Shown here: positions 13,507 to 27,197 of the stretch, piece after piece
Position numbering within the stretch: position 1 is the first letter of the stretch
How the letters are laid out: each line of letters starts with the position of its first letter
Origin: Magallana gigas
Lineage: Eukaryota
Assembly (NCBI RefSeq): GCF_963853765.1
Contig: NC_088862.1
Location: 21,762,001 to 21,826,000 of the forward strand
DNA: 64,000 nucleotides
Direction of reading: 5' to 3'
Position numbers and translations under genes: made by a program
Notes under the pieces: model-generated
Databases searched by the model: none
Told to the model about the DNA's origin: nothing
Seen by the model: only the letters and a program-made list of their open reading frames with translations

Positions 13507-16500
13507 ATGGCGGCGTCTTTTTATAGGTAAGAGAATTAGTATTAGACATGTTAAATATTTACTTTTTCTTGAGTTTTGCACACACACAAAAAAATTGATA
13601 CTCGTGCTTTTCTTGGGGTGGGGGGCACGGGTGATGAAAGGGTGGGGAGGGGGGGGGGGTCAGCGTTTTTCTCTATTTCATCTCAAATGACGAGGATTAG
13701 GTTTTATCAAAATTCAGGGAAGCAGGTACAATATGTGGGTTTTTTTTAATAATTTTTCATCCCGATCACACCCTTTCCGATACGCATACCCCGTATTACA
13801 GAAAACTGTATATATATATCTATCATGTTGCTAAAAGGGAAGGAAACTCGAAGCATATCGCTTAATTATCTGAAAAGTTCCAATTCTGAAAACGTTTCTT
13901 TCTGTTCATTACAAAATGTGCATTGCAGTAGATGCATCTAAATCACTTGTATTTGTCGAGATAATCACGCAAGGAAAAACTTTTCGAACGAATGATTAAA
14001 TATTCATTAACACTGTTTGCTTGATTTGTGATAAATTGGAAATATGGCTTAACTGCACATAATTAAGTGTAAAGTGTTGATTTTTTTTCCATCGATCCTG
14101 CAAAAATCTATCAATTGCTAACTGCATATATAAAAAAGTGTATTTTCACTGATCGTAACAGTTGATGCATATGCATGCACCCGAAACATTCTTTACGAAC
14201 TGTCTACATTATATTTTAATTTTAAAAACCGAAATCACAAAAATGTCTCCAGTAATACAGAGGGGATCAAGTAGGATTTTTAATTTTCTGTTTGGTATTT
14301 AAATCCTGCTCAATAACAGCGCATTTAAATTTCGATTTTTGATTTTTGATATGGGAAATATGAATTGGCAGACGAGTTGGTGTACATATTAAAGATCAGC
14401 CGAGATTTAATAACACAGAGATAAAACTATTGACATTATATCAAATGTGGGTAGATAAAATACTTCGTATTAATTATCCAAATGTAAACTTTCAAGACGT
14501 ATGCATAGCAACTAGGTTATTTAACAAATTTGTTGTCGATCGATTGTTTTTATTGGATACGGGTAAAAGGTGGTGCAATATAACAAACCTTTGATTTATC
14601 CATACAAAGAAACAACTTGGTAATTTAAACTTTACGACCGTTTATTGTTAAGTTATAGGGTTCTTCTGATACTCAAAACAATCTTCACCCATTGTAAGAT
14701 TAAGACTTAGATTTCTATAAAAATATATTGCCCTACCCTCGGGGTTTGATTGACATAGTTGTGACATCCATAGTCTGATGAAATAAATTGGTTCATGTAC
14801 CTCTTATACTAAGCTACCAGTTCATCGATTGATCCTGTTACACGAACTCCTTCAGAGAGAAACTTGCCTGTCTCTCATTTGAAGATTTGTTGACATTTTA
14901 TGCAATTAGCCCCCCCCCCCCTTTCTTTGGGGGAAGGGGGTGCATTGTCAGTTTGTTACACAGGAAACTGTATATTGTTACGATTTGAAACTTAACGAAC
15001 ATATGATATACATAAAATATTACAATACATATACTTAGAGATGTACCAGGTGAGCGTAATATTTTAGACCAAGTGAGGCAGCATTTACATGTAGGTGATA
15101 AGGTTTTGTACATTTAATTGATATTCTGTGTTCTGTTTTGAAACACACCAATCCTTTTTGTAATTGTTTCTAAAAAAAAAAACAAATAAAATAAGATTGT
15201 TTATACAGTATGTATGTAATATATTGTATAACATTTTGAATTTGTATTTCTTTTATTCACATAGAGAAAGCAGATAAATTTTAGTTCAAACAATGCATTA
15301 TTACAATGGAAATATTAGTGCTTTTATTAGATTTTGGCGTAAGAATTCTTACAGAGTTTGTTCAGAATTCATAAATTTACAATCTCCAAAGAAAAATTAT
15401 TGTTTAAGACAGCTTAAAGTTATTCTTAAAGTAATGTTCATTAATTTCACAACATTATAGATTACATGTTCAAGAGTAGACTTGACTTATGTTTAGCTTT
15501 ATGATGTACACAACAATGTTTAATTAAAACTTAATGTAACAGTATACTGATGTTAAAAAATCAGACAGATGTTGCAAAAATAAAAAAATGTATGAAAAAT
15601 GTCGAGGTTTAGCTAGTTTATATTTAAAACAATCCTGTGTTTAATTTTAATAAATATTGAACTATACAAGGAAATATTTCTTTATGCTTCATTTTTCATT
15701 TGACGTTTCTCGCTCAGGAACGTTAAGGTGGAAGTCAAAATATTAAATTGACCTTGATGAAAACAAATCAGACCTTAAATCTTCTTTAAAAAATCTATAC
15801 GCCCTGTTATCCAAAAGATAAACATGCACACAACGCAAACAAACCTTCATTCCCATGCATGTTTGATTCTTTTGAAAACTTGTTTGAACAAATCTGCAGC
15901 ATCGATCTTTGCTCATTTCAACATGAAGCCATTAAACTAAGGTCTGCTTTATCCCAGTGCTTTCTCCGTGTCATGGAATTGTTCTTTTAAATCGATTATT
16001 TCCAATTCGAACGAATAAATGATGAATAAAAGATCCTTATTAGTTGGGAAAAAAAGAACACTTGTATTAATATTTCATGTTTCGTTTCTATATGCGCATG
16101 CGCCATGGAGACAACACTAACGAGAGGCATGTTCAGCAGAGCGGGTGCTCGTTAGCGCTTGTCATAGTTACCTATATAGCGCGGGTGCTCGTGAGCGCTT
16201 GCCATAATTACCTATACAGCGCGGGTGCTCGTGAGCGCTTGCAAAAATTCTCTAAACCTGTATGCAACACAAATTTTGGCGAGCTCTCGCAGCATCCGCT
16301 CTCCTGAACATGCCTCTGTAACGCAAATTTCGGCGAGCGCTCACGAGCACTCACACTGCTTTACACGCGCATCTGATAGAGTTATAGTAAGAACCATTTT
16401 AACAAGAGCTTGGACTTTCAGTAGGATGAAATGATCTATTTAGTTTAAATGACGCTGGTTTCAAGCGAAATATACACCGATTGCGTAGTCTTGGCTCAAA

Positions 16501-19500
16501 ATCCAGACAAATCTTGTTGATTTTAAAGAGCCATGGCTGAGGGGCCTACGATGAAACAGAAAAGCTTACGTCACATTGCCGTTTGACTCAACTACCCAAA
16601 GTCCAAGGTCCTGTTAAAATGGTTCTAAACATCTATATATGACCAGCGTTACTATAGTTATTGTTAGATACCTACATATATTCATTTCTTATTTCTTAGT
16701 TTCGTTAAAAACATACAAAATTCAATTTGCCGTTCTCGAAATAAGTTAAACGTTAAACAGAAAATAAAAGTTCTATTTAAGGTTTAATAACTACATCTAT
16801 ATGTTATAATATATACATGTACTTGATTCTAAAGAAAAGATTGGTTTTTTTCTTTGTAACAAATATTAGGATTTGAACTATTTCATAGATAATATTAATA
16901 ATTTATTTTTTGTTTTTAACAGCACTCGAAAAAAGGAGAGGGAAAGGAAAGCTAGAAAACAGGAAGGAAATATGACAAAAAGAGGTCAAAGGTTAGCAGC
17001 TTTAAAAAAAAATGACAATATATACTCATAGAAAGTTCACTACAATAAATTGATAATTTTGACAAATTAAAGTATTATTTTTCATCAGTCAATTATAACA
17101 GCAATTTTATTACGATACCTTTAATATATCCTTTTAGTTGCTTCACCGTAAAAGCAAGCCAAACAGTATTTTCGTCCTGTTTTATTTTAAATCATCTTTA
17201 ATTGTTGCCGTTTATTTGTTTTTGTTTTATCTTTTTAAATTTTCATATTAATCATAATATTATTTTTGGTTTTGTTCGGTCATTGATTTTTTTTGTCTTC
17301 ATGTGTTTAAAACAGATCGATTTTATTAAAATAATAAGTAAACACAGTAAAAGCTATAAACTGAATCTTTGCCAGTGAAAGGATTAACATCTCTGTTAAA
17401 AGTTGATATTGTTATTGAATGGTTCAATAATAATTCGGTCGACTTTCATACAAACCTCTTATCGTTATTTTAATCCAAATCCGACGGATTTAAATAGTTT
17501 CATTTCTCTCTACGCATTGATCTTTGATGAAGTTACGACTAAAGCGACTAACAGTATCAATTTCAAATTAGCGAATTGTCTTCCTTGATAGACAATAAGA
17601 CGAGAAAGATGACCCGTTAATGATTCTCAGAGAAGACATCGAGAGAATCAGGGCATCCATATCCGACTCTTCATTAACTCACAGGTAAGGTATGAAAAGC
17701 TCGAGATGGTTACTTTTCGCGAGAACTATTTCTGGCGAAATTTATATTCATGAAGCCATCACAGGCATATCATATATGCTAGCCAAATATTTAATATTGA
17801 TTAATTTTTTTATAATTTTGAAAATTAATACATATTAATCCATATAATGAATACGAATACATATTATATAATATCTTCTTATTAAAAAAAAACTTCTTTT
17901 TCTTAAAAATGTGAATGTTATGTTAACGATTTTATATCTCTCCAGACAAAGATGGCGCCAGACAGAGGATGTGGGTCTGCCTAGTTGCCTAAGAGTGTGC
18001 ACAAAGCTGAAAGGGAAAATATCTCACTTATCCAGGTCAGTAAATGGAATCTATGTAAACATGTTTTACAAAGTTATAGCATGTGTTCACATCTGATATG
18101 TTTAAAAAAAAAAGTGAATAGCTTGAAATTTTAGAACGGTTAATTTATGCATGAAGGTTTCGAGGATGATTTTTGTTTTAACATTGATCAGCTGTCAACA
18201 AATGGTTATCATTTATCATTACGTGAGATATACAATTATTTACTGGACCATTATACATGTGCATTTTTTAATATAAAATGCAAAATCTATTACATAACCG
18301 ACCAGTTTCCGGAATTGAGAGTTATCGAACCTTTCTGATGATTGAACAAATCGTTCAAAATTCAAACGTTAAGGATGCACGAAATGTTTCTCAATTTTAT
18401 GTAACTTTTTCCAGGAATTTGTTACTGATTTACGTCTACTTTGACAAGCTTTCTTGCAAAAAATTAGGATACCTTACCTGGCATTTGTGCAAGATACAAG
18501 AATATGCAATTTCCTATATAATCTAATTGAAAATACAAACTTATCTCCAATCGTAGAAGAGCACAGAAAGGTACATATTAACCTCATGATTTTGAAACCA
18601 ATTTCTAATGTACGAAGAGATGTAAAAAGATGTCGAGGAACGTGTTTTCTGACCTTAAATGACAATTCTATGAAACATTTATAAAACTTGAACCTCTCAC
18701 CATAAAGTTATAAGATAAATTGTGTTATGTCTTTTGAAGATGTCTGTAGGTCGGTAATTTGTCCGTCCTTTTGTATGTCTGTTGATGAATATGAGGTCAA
18801 GGTCATATGCCAGTGTTAATAAAAGGACAAATTCATTGAAAAAGGTGAAGCGTCAGAAGTCAGGTTTGTTGACTCAAAGCATTTTCATCGTCGAGAACAA
18901 ACTGTTTCAATGGCAAAAATTGTGTTTTCAGTTTGGATGCTGCAGAGGCGGATAAATTATCAGCGGTGTACGACGAACTGTGTACAACTATAAACGTCAT
19001 GGCCCAAGATCACAAGGAATACATCTCCAACATTTATGACGAGGAGGAAGTGGTCAAAAAGTAAAATAATAGACCATCATTTTGAAGACTTTTTTTTCCG
19101 AAATAAAAAAAACCCCAGTAGCAATAAAACCATGCAGGACAGTTATTATAGTTAGACAGAAAAGTCGTAAAAAAGCGTTAAAAATTTGTTAAAAATATCA
19201 AAGAGAGAGGAAATGAATTGATACCCAGTGTAGCATTTAAATGACTTAGAACCATTTTAACAATACCCTGGACTCTCAGTAGGGCGTAGCTATCTATTTT
19301 TTGCGTCAAAACAAGTTAACAATGACGCGGTTTCAAGCAAAGTATGTACCGATAGCGTAGTTTTAGCTCAAACACCAGACGAATCTTGTTGATTTCAAAA
19401 GGCCATGGCTGAGTGGCCAGCAATGAAATAGACAGACCTACCTCACATTGCTGTTTGACACAACTATCAAAAGTCCAAGCTCTTGTTACAATGGTTCTAA

Positions 19501-19930
19501 ATTGTATCTGTTTTTACAGGTACTACAACAAGACAGTACTGGACATAATGGAGCTGTGGTCCAGCTGTGCCTCAGCGACTGTAGATCTGATGATACCGCT
19601 AGTAGAGCAGTAAGTCATGTTACAGTACAGTAAAACACGGTCATAGCAAAGGGCCGAACATCTTCAATTGGCAAAAATAATCGTGATTCGTTATCATATT
19701 TATAACGAGGCTTAATTGAAATACTGTGGATTCATCAATACTCCTGGACATCAATTTTTGTGAATTTGAAGGTAATTTCAGTTTCTAGGATAAGTAAATT
19801 TGTGAACAGTCATCTAAGCAATACTCTATGTATTAGTATGTTAATAGAAATTGCACTGCAATGAAAATTTAACAACGAAATCCATGAGAAGTGGGATACA
19901 ACAAATATTGATGAAACCACTGTATAGGGT

Positions 19931-20001
<71 letters not shown>

Positions 20002-21234
20002 TCGGTGATTACTCTGTAATGGTACATGAACATGAATATACATGTAATTGAGTGTATACATATTTCACAATGATATTTCTGCAGGTATTGGGAAAACCAG
20101 AGTGAATTTGAACAGCTTGCCAAGAAAATATCGAATACATGTTCTGCTTGCGTCAAATTTACTGCCATGACTGTTAATTTAACGGAGCACCCCTTACCAG
20201 AAAAGTAAGCCGCTTATTACTTAGGTATACAAAGCGAAGCAATTCTTTTTGGTGATAAGCTCGGGATACTAGCATCTCTCTGTGTTTAGTAACAATTCTT
20301 TTTGGTGATAAGCAAGGGATACTAGCATCTCTCTGTGTTTAGTAACAATAAGTGCAGAAAATTTGAAAGAAAACCTTTACACGTTTTTCATGAGCAGCTA
20401 TGTACACTGAACGTTATTATATAATATTGCTAATCTGGCGGCAGCACAATAATTATAACAACCTCATTAATAAATATCTGCTTAATATTAGAAAATAATA
20501 CCTTGTAGTTGCGGAAGTGACGTTAAAGAAAAGGCGACACAAGAAATGAACAACGCAGCAGACACGTTGAGTCGATTAATACAAGCCGCCATCAAANNNN
20601 NNNNNNNNNNNNNNNNNNNNNNNNNNNNNNNNNNNNNNNNNNNNNNNNNNNNNNNNNNNNNNNNNNNNNNNNNNNNNNNNNNNNNNNNNNNNNNNNNNNN
20701 NNNNNNNNNNNNNNNNNNNNNNNNNNNNNNNNNNNNNNNGTTTTTACGCGGATTATTGTTGTCTTAAAATATCCAAGAAATCAAAATCTTTTGGAAAGTG
20801 TTCTCTGATTGTATCTTCCAATTCTTTGAAATTGTTCTTATCATTAAAAAAAATTGACGACAGTGGTCTTGTACTATCTATTAATTATTTTTATGAAGTA
20901 TTTCACTCTCATGAGAGTTACCTTTCTTACCAGAGTCTCAATGCACCTTAAATTATTTAACCATTTACTTTTTATAAGTTGTTAAAAAAGCATCTGTGTT
21001 AACTGTAAATAACATGGTCTACAATACCCGATGAAGCGTTTGACTCTAATTTGTCGAATGGGCAACTGTAATATCTGTTGATACTAAAACTATGCATGTA
21101 TGTTTCGATACCAACCAGATCACTGAAGGTGTCTGAGGACAGCCTACTGGACATGACGATGTGGTTACTGTTCAGTGTACATCACGTGGCCAAGAACGTC
21201 CTACAGCCTAAGGATAAACCTACCACAGAGTAAA

Positions 21235-21276
<42 letters not shown>

Positions 21277-24200
21277 GCTAAAGTCTACAAATCTTTGATT
21301 AAGAATCCTTATTCAGATTAGATTAAAATTAAGAAACAATTTTAGAGCAATTGATGACATGACTTTATCAACGGAAAAAAGCAATTGCTATGAATTGTCA
21401 CCAACTAGCATCTAAAATTACATAAACATGCTTCAGTTTTTAAAGGGTCTTTTTTTGCTTGTCTTAATTGAAAAATCTGCATACTTGCCATGTGAAACAT
21501 AAAATAAAGGAATAAAAGAAACCATGTATCGCATTTATCATTAATTGATATACCGGTAATACATGTACACTAATAAAAGTTACTGTAATATTATTATACG
21601 TAACAATTTATTGTGATAGAAGCAAGGAAGAGGAAGGAACCAAAGAGACAGAGCAAGAAAAGAAGGACCCTGAACCAGTCAAGGAGAGCACTGACGTCAC
21701 AGCTAGCCTCAATAATCTGCTGACTCAGCTGGATGCCCTGCAAATGGAGCTCAGCAACCAGTAAGAACTGAGTCAATGTGCTGATTAAGTACTATATTCC
21801 TTTGTTGTTAATAACTAGTTTATCAAGTGAAAAAGTATTTCAGACTATATGCTAGTTTTATTTATCTTTAGACTAGGGAAGTCAAATCGGCCAATTTTTA
21901 GTACTCGGTTACTCAGACGTTTTTCCGATCGAGTACCCGGGTACTCGGTAAAAGTGTAAATAAATATGAACAAGTACATTGATAACTGTAAAACCATGGT
22001 CACTTTTGTAGAACTAAAACCACATGATCTAATGGGAGTTTCAATCCTAGATTTTATAGTATTACGGGACGGTATGTTGTAGCTTGGTGCGACGATGGAC
22101 ATCAGTATTTTAAAGCCTTTGCCTTCGACCATTTGTAACGGCATGTAATCAAACACAACCATATCAACAATCGCACCTGTAATATCATCTGTCTCTTTTC
22201 CCGAGAATTTGCGGTTTCTTGGAGAATTGACAAAATTCCATAAAGTCGGTTGTTTTTCTGGAGTTTCTGGCCTGTCAAATTCCTCATTATGTTTAAGACG
22301 AATGTGATTTAACATGTTTGTCGTTCCCCCCGTATAGGATAAGTTTACTTCGCATAGCTGACATTTTACGTTTTTTGAATCTTCAGTTCTTTTAAAATAT
22401 TTCCAGACCTTTGAAGTCACTGGCAGCATTTTAGGTCTGTTCAATTTCTCTACTGTGTGCTATCTAATTTATATAATAGACTATATAAACGATGTTTAGT
22501 GAAAACAAATCATTAAAGTTAGCCAAAAATAAGGGTAGAAGACAGCTAAAGGTGAGAAAAGCTAGGTAACAGGTTCTTGTTCACGATAATTACTATATAA
22601 ACACTGCCACAGGCTATAACGGTCATTTAGCATATTTAGAGGCGTAGAAAATCCTAATTACTGTATATACAAGTGCAATGGACATTTTAAGTTTTAATAC
22701 CGATGTTTTAATGCATTATTAAATAAACTTAGAAATATTAAAAATTATACATCCGAGTAACCGGGTACCGATTTTAGTATTCGATACTCGGACGTTCGAT
22801 CGAGTAGCCGGTTAACCGGGTACTCGTTGACATCCCTACTTTAGACGTTTTGAAATGTCATTAAGTGAGACATCCAATTTTTTAATAAACGGCATGGTTA
22901 AGATGAGATATTATAAAGTTTAAGTTATGCAATTTAATGTTATGTTTATAAAAAGATCCATTAGAAAATATATGTTGAAAATATATACATGCATTTACTT
23001 ATTGAATGGTATTTGATTTTTTTTAATTTTTTTTTTTTAGATATGTGATTGAGAAAAATGAACAAAACACTGAAGGTGGAGAAACAGACGAAAGGTTAGA
23101 TATGTGTGCTCAAAATGATAGAATTTTGTGTCCCCAGTAGGACACCATAACCTGGTTTTTAACATTAATTTTTTACAATAAATGCTGTTCATTTCATTGA
23201 CAGCTGCAAGAATGATCAGCAGGCTATCAACAAATTGGCCAATGTTTACACAGGTGTCGTAGACAAGATTTGTGAAAATGGAAAGTAAGTCAGCTATTTA
23301 GAACTTTTTTTAGTCATCCATTGCAATTGATCTGTTATAGTGACACTGTCTACATTATTGCTAGCGCTCTCGAGCGCTAGCAGCTACGTTAGTCCTTTTC
23401 ACTGGAATACACATGCTCGACTCCATAGTAGGAGATTCTGGGAATACTGTACTACTGTAGATAAACTGTACCATTTGAATTTCGTTCTATCATCTTCAAG
23501 TGAAGTTTTGTGTTTTATGGTTAATGTCAAAAAGTAACAGTAGCTTTGGTCTTATAACGCAAAGTTATTTCAAAATTTAAATAAATAAGATGTAGCTAGC
23601 TTTATCTTAAATTCCTTCAAGCTCGGAAGACAACTTCGGATATGTTTTCCGAGCTTTCCTGAAAGGCCCAAGAAGATACGATTGCTACAAAACAGTACCA
23701 ATGGTTTCTGAAAAATTTCACCTCGAAATTGAAATTACAGTAGTTACATAATGATTAAGGCACAGCCAATGAGCTATGCCATTGCCGATGTGTAGCCCAC
23801 TCTAGATTCACAGTAATTATTTTAAATTGAGACCCCACTCCAGCACAATTCCAGTACACCACTGTGCCTTCCTATTGTTAATTAATCGATTCAGAAATTT
23901 AAACCAATGTTTTAGAAATCTGCTTCTGTGTTTTATGATTGCTACAACGCTAGCTCACCAATCTTTTTTAAAAGATAAACTTGTTAGACGATTATGGTTA
24001 TTATTTTTAGAGTAACAGTCTGTATTGACGATCCAAACGGAAGTGACGCAACAATCTACTACAAACCGGATGTTTACACTGAGGTTGCTAACTGTTCCCT
24101 TGGCTCTTGTCCAATGAGAGATCGCGACACATGGTTGGACGAGATTCCCTTGACCTCCGACCAGGTGCTTGTTTCTGACGTCTACGTCGTCAGGAATGGA

Positions 24201-26866
24201 CCGTTACGGACGTCGGCGGAAGTGGAGATCGATTTCACCTACGTTCCTTTGTCCAGCACTAAGAACAAGACTATTAAAGTTATCTCAAAACAGGATGACG
24301 AATGGAAAGAGGTGGAGACCGTGAATGAGGTATATTTTAAACTGTTTGAAATTAAAAACATTTTAATTAAATTTGGACATTTCCGCACTTTCCAATGAAT
24401 ATGTTACTTTTTGGCAACAAATGGGGACTAGCAAATTTGAATTTTCCCCTTTATTTCTGTACCGTATTATTCTTCTCGAGAAGATTGAAAATGTTTAAAA
24501 TGGCCAATAATATCCACCTCTTAATGAGAATTAAATCAAGTTTGCAAAGTCTGTGCTTTATGAAGAGTGTTAACTCGAGATTAACATTCTGTTTTGCAGG
24601 AATCTGATGAGAGTAGCGCTCATCTTTCCTTTAAGACCAAATGTTTGGAAGCATTCACTGCCTACGTTGAGATCCTCTCGGAGACCTGTGAAGTGTCACC
24701 CGAAGAAACGACCTTTACGAGCGAGGTTAACCCGGATGTCAAGGTCATTTTTTCTGCTGGATTAGTAGCTGAAACAAAGCAAATAAAAATAAAGGTAATA
24801 GATTTTAGTTTTACATAAATAATGATATATGTGTAGTAAAATAATGTTATTTATTAATCCATACGGCAGTTATCTTGAATTTGATTCTACAAGGTCATTT
24901 TAAGGTAATTAGTTTCGTCTTTTTTATACAAGGTCATTCCTTACGATGCAAGGGAGGTGGCGAATCTTAAGGAACAGTGCCCGGATTCGGTGCGGGGAAT
25001 CATGGCTGTTTCTGATGCTGTGGAAATTCGGATGGACGGAGAGTGTGATGACACCAAAAACATCAGCGTCCAGGTTTCCATGGACGACGAAGAAGACCAG
25101 GATTCACAACTTGTTGTCATCAGGTATTTGCAGTTTTGTCAAACTCTAGATCTGTCGAGCTTAAGTGTTGAGATTTGAACCCGGATACTTTGTCTTAAAA
25201 ATGTGATAAGAGTATTACACCTATTTTTGAAAATCTAATGTTCAGTGTTTTTTGTGCTTTCATCTCTACAGGTTTAAGGAGGGAAAAGTACAAGTACTGG
25301 ACAAATCGCAATGTCGTCTTAAAAAAGACAGAAACTTATTTCTAGTAGAAACAAAGGGTGTCTGGGGGTAAGTTACAGTTGTAAATACGGTTACTGTGAC
25401 AGTAGTAGCCACACTACAATTTGGTTTTTCTAACACATTTGCTGAAAATAATTCAAGGTCATTGGTGCTGTCAATAAGCTTAAAATCAATGAATATTGGT
25501 TTAAATTTATTTTCAACTTAAAAAATTCTGTTATTTGACAGAGATATTAGTACCGCAGGAAAATTTTACTTTTGCAAGCCATATATGAATACAGCGTTTT
25601 CGACTATAATAATTTTGTTTGGAAATGATCAAAACGTCGACTTAATGTACAATTCGTTTTCCTCTATCATAGGATAGCCGTAGCAAGAATCAGAAAAATC
25701 TTCCTTAACATGAGAGACACTGTAAAGAAAGAGTTCCAGTTGATCTTTGGACTAGTTCAGCTCTGTAACATCTGTACGTTTATTGACGATTCACAGAGGA
25801 ACAAAGAGGAAGGCTCCTTCTTTGTTTGGATCGAATGCATCGATAAAAACATGATTCGAGATGATGTCGAAAACAAAGAGAAAGCTGGGCTGATCGAGGT
25901 TAAACAAAGCAGGTCTAAGGACATCACCTTGCGGCAGAAACAGACCTTGATTTTGAAAGTAGATGGACAAGTTAAACTGCGGTTGGCTGATCCACCGGAT
26001 GCGTTTAAGATCACGTATTTGATTGGTGCAGATAATCACGTGAATATTCCGATGGAAGTTCATAGAGACCAAGAGAAGATACCGTACGCAGCTTTTGCAT
26101 TTTATGAAGAGGATTGTGCACATCCATTCCATAGTGTTAATATTCCCGTTCGGGATTTGTCCGAGCTACCCACAGGTTCATATGTTATGATAAAAATTCA
26201 AAAACTCTATTGTTTTTCTTTAAATTGTTTTCTTAAAAAAATAACTGTTTTCATGAAAATTCAGAATAATGAAGTTATCATTAAGAATTTTAACCAATTC
26301 GTTGAGGGCTGTTGTGAATGTTTCATGCAATAAAAATTTGTGATATTTGTTTTCAGACGAAATAACTGCAAAAACATTCAACAAAAACAATGAAAGCAAC
26401 AACCTTAGGGAACAAATGAAGCAGAAAGAAGAAGGTCTGTCTCTTTTTTTAATTTTAAAACAAACTATCAAATAGTTTTGGATCTTGATTTCGAATTCAC
26501 CTAAATAGTTCACTAATATATATATATATTAGTTTATCTATCAAATTTTCAGCTGCAAGGAAGATGTTGTCACATGACAGCATTATGAACCTGTCACGTG
26601 TTCTCTCGGAGAGAGACGGGCGCATGCTCGGTGTACAGTTAGGCGTGAGTGAAAGTTGGACGGCAAACGCTAAGGATGAATGCGATGGGGATATATTACG
26701 AACCAACTTCCGGGTTCTTTGTGAATGGAGGGGGAAAGCTGCAAGGGCCGCCATGGTTGATTTCCTTATATCGTCACTGAAAACTGTCGGAAGAATTGAC
26801 TTGGCAAACGTTGTGTCCGAGGTTTACAAAAATGGGCGTGGTCTTTCAAAGTTGGATTTTGATTGA
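13507..26866 (+). CDS. Multi-exon gene: helical N-terminus + ZU5-ZU5-UPA-Death domain protein (DTHD1/ankyrin-C-terminus-like), about 900-930 aa
   Basis: Phase-consistent GT-AG exons assembled by hand: 13507-13526, 16923-16991, 17592-17684 (carries in-frame TAA 17596-98; 93 nt, skippable), 17946-18035, 18932-19060, 19520-19609, 20085-20204, 20509-~20598 (end in gap, inferred from copy 2), 21119-21229, 21620-21760, 23041-23094, 23204-23284, 24011-24329, 24600-24794, 24933-25123, 25272-25367, 25673-26175, 26357-26434, 26553-26866. The link from exon 1 to exon 2 is less certain than the rest. Confidence 0.8.
16124..16315. repeat. 40-bp minisatellite (2.5 units) flanked by a ~25-bp inverted repeat
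   Basis: The unit gcgggtgctcgtgagcgcttgccataattacctatacagc starts at 16141, 16181 and 16221. gaggcatgttcagcagagcgggtgc pairs with gcatccgctctcctgaacatgcctc. Confidence 0.85.
16391..16625. mobile_element. ~240-bp MITE family, copy 2; absent at the paralogous site near 50160
   Basis: taa|GAACCATTTTAACAAGAGCTTGGACTTT...AAAGTCCAAGGTCCTGTTAAAATGGTTC|taa. Confidence 0.8.
19249..19497. mobile_element. ~240-bp MITE family, copy 3 (shared with the paralog at 53978-54224)
   Basis: Same TIRs and internal sequence; ends about 22 nt before the exon acceptor at 19519. Confidence 0.8.
19933..19998. repeat. (GA)n microsatellite
   Basis: Direct observation. Further (GA/CT)n tracts lie at about 21241-21272, 29081-29110, 29960-29999 and 56260-56314, and (GATA)n at about 45630-45676. 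Confidence 0.95.
20240..20348. repeat. 53-bp tandem repeat, 2 copies (3 copies at about 54770-54932)
   Basis: Unit aacaattctttttggtgataagcaagggatactagcatctctctgtgtttagt. Confidence 0.9.
21874..22838 (-). mobile_element. hAT (Ac-like) internally deleted transposon carrying a BED zinc-finger transposase N-terminus
   Basis: 8-bp TSD CTTTAGAC (21866-73 and 22839-46); TIR TAGGGAAGTCAA/TTGACATCCCTA; subterminal CGAGTA/TACTCG repeats; minus-strand ORF SKVWKYF..VKCQLC..GGTTNMLNHIRLKH. The paralog near 56899 has a single CTTTAGAC. Confidence 0.92.
26553..26866 (+). CDS. Death-domain terminal exon of the ZU5-ZU5-UPA-DD gene
   Basis: LSHDSIMNLSRVL..DGRMLGVQLGVSESW...NFRVLCEWRGK...DFLISSLKTVGRIDLANVV matches the death-fold pattern; ttttcag acceptor at 26552. 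Confidence 0.85.
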
Positions 26867-27197
26867 TTTGCTGATGAGTCTGTTGATTGGTTTAAAATCT
26901 TATTAAATATGAAATCATCTGTGATATTTTTGTATTTTACTGACATTTGACTTGCTTTTATGCAAACTTAAAGGTGTTTTAGTCTGTGAAAGTATTATTT
27001 ATTTTGCTTATATTTCGTTTATATTTGAATTTTATAACTAAATATGGTGCGAATTCAGAATTAGTTCATTTTCATTCTTGTTAACGTTTGTACATGTAAT
27101 TTTGATGTATATTTTTGTGTTGATTGTTTTTATTCAACTTTAAAAATAAAATTTATCAGACTTGTTGATAGAATAAATTTATTTTGAATGTAATTAA

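Noticed and set aside
18147-18900. Short ORFs and possible micro-exons in the 18.0-18.9 kb intron (e.g. DKFIEKGEASEV)
   Set aside because: No phase-consistent chain could be built, and exon 18035 joins 18932 in frame without them.
19810-20168. SLSLSL and ERERER ORFs
   Set aside because: Translations of (GA)n microsatellites.
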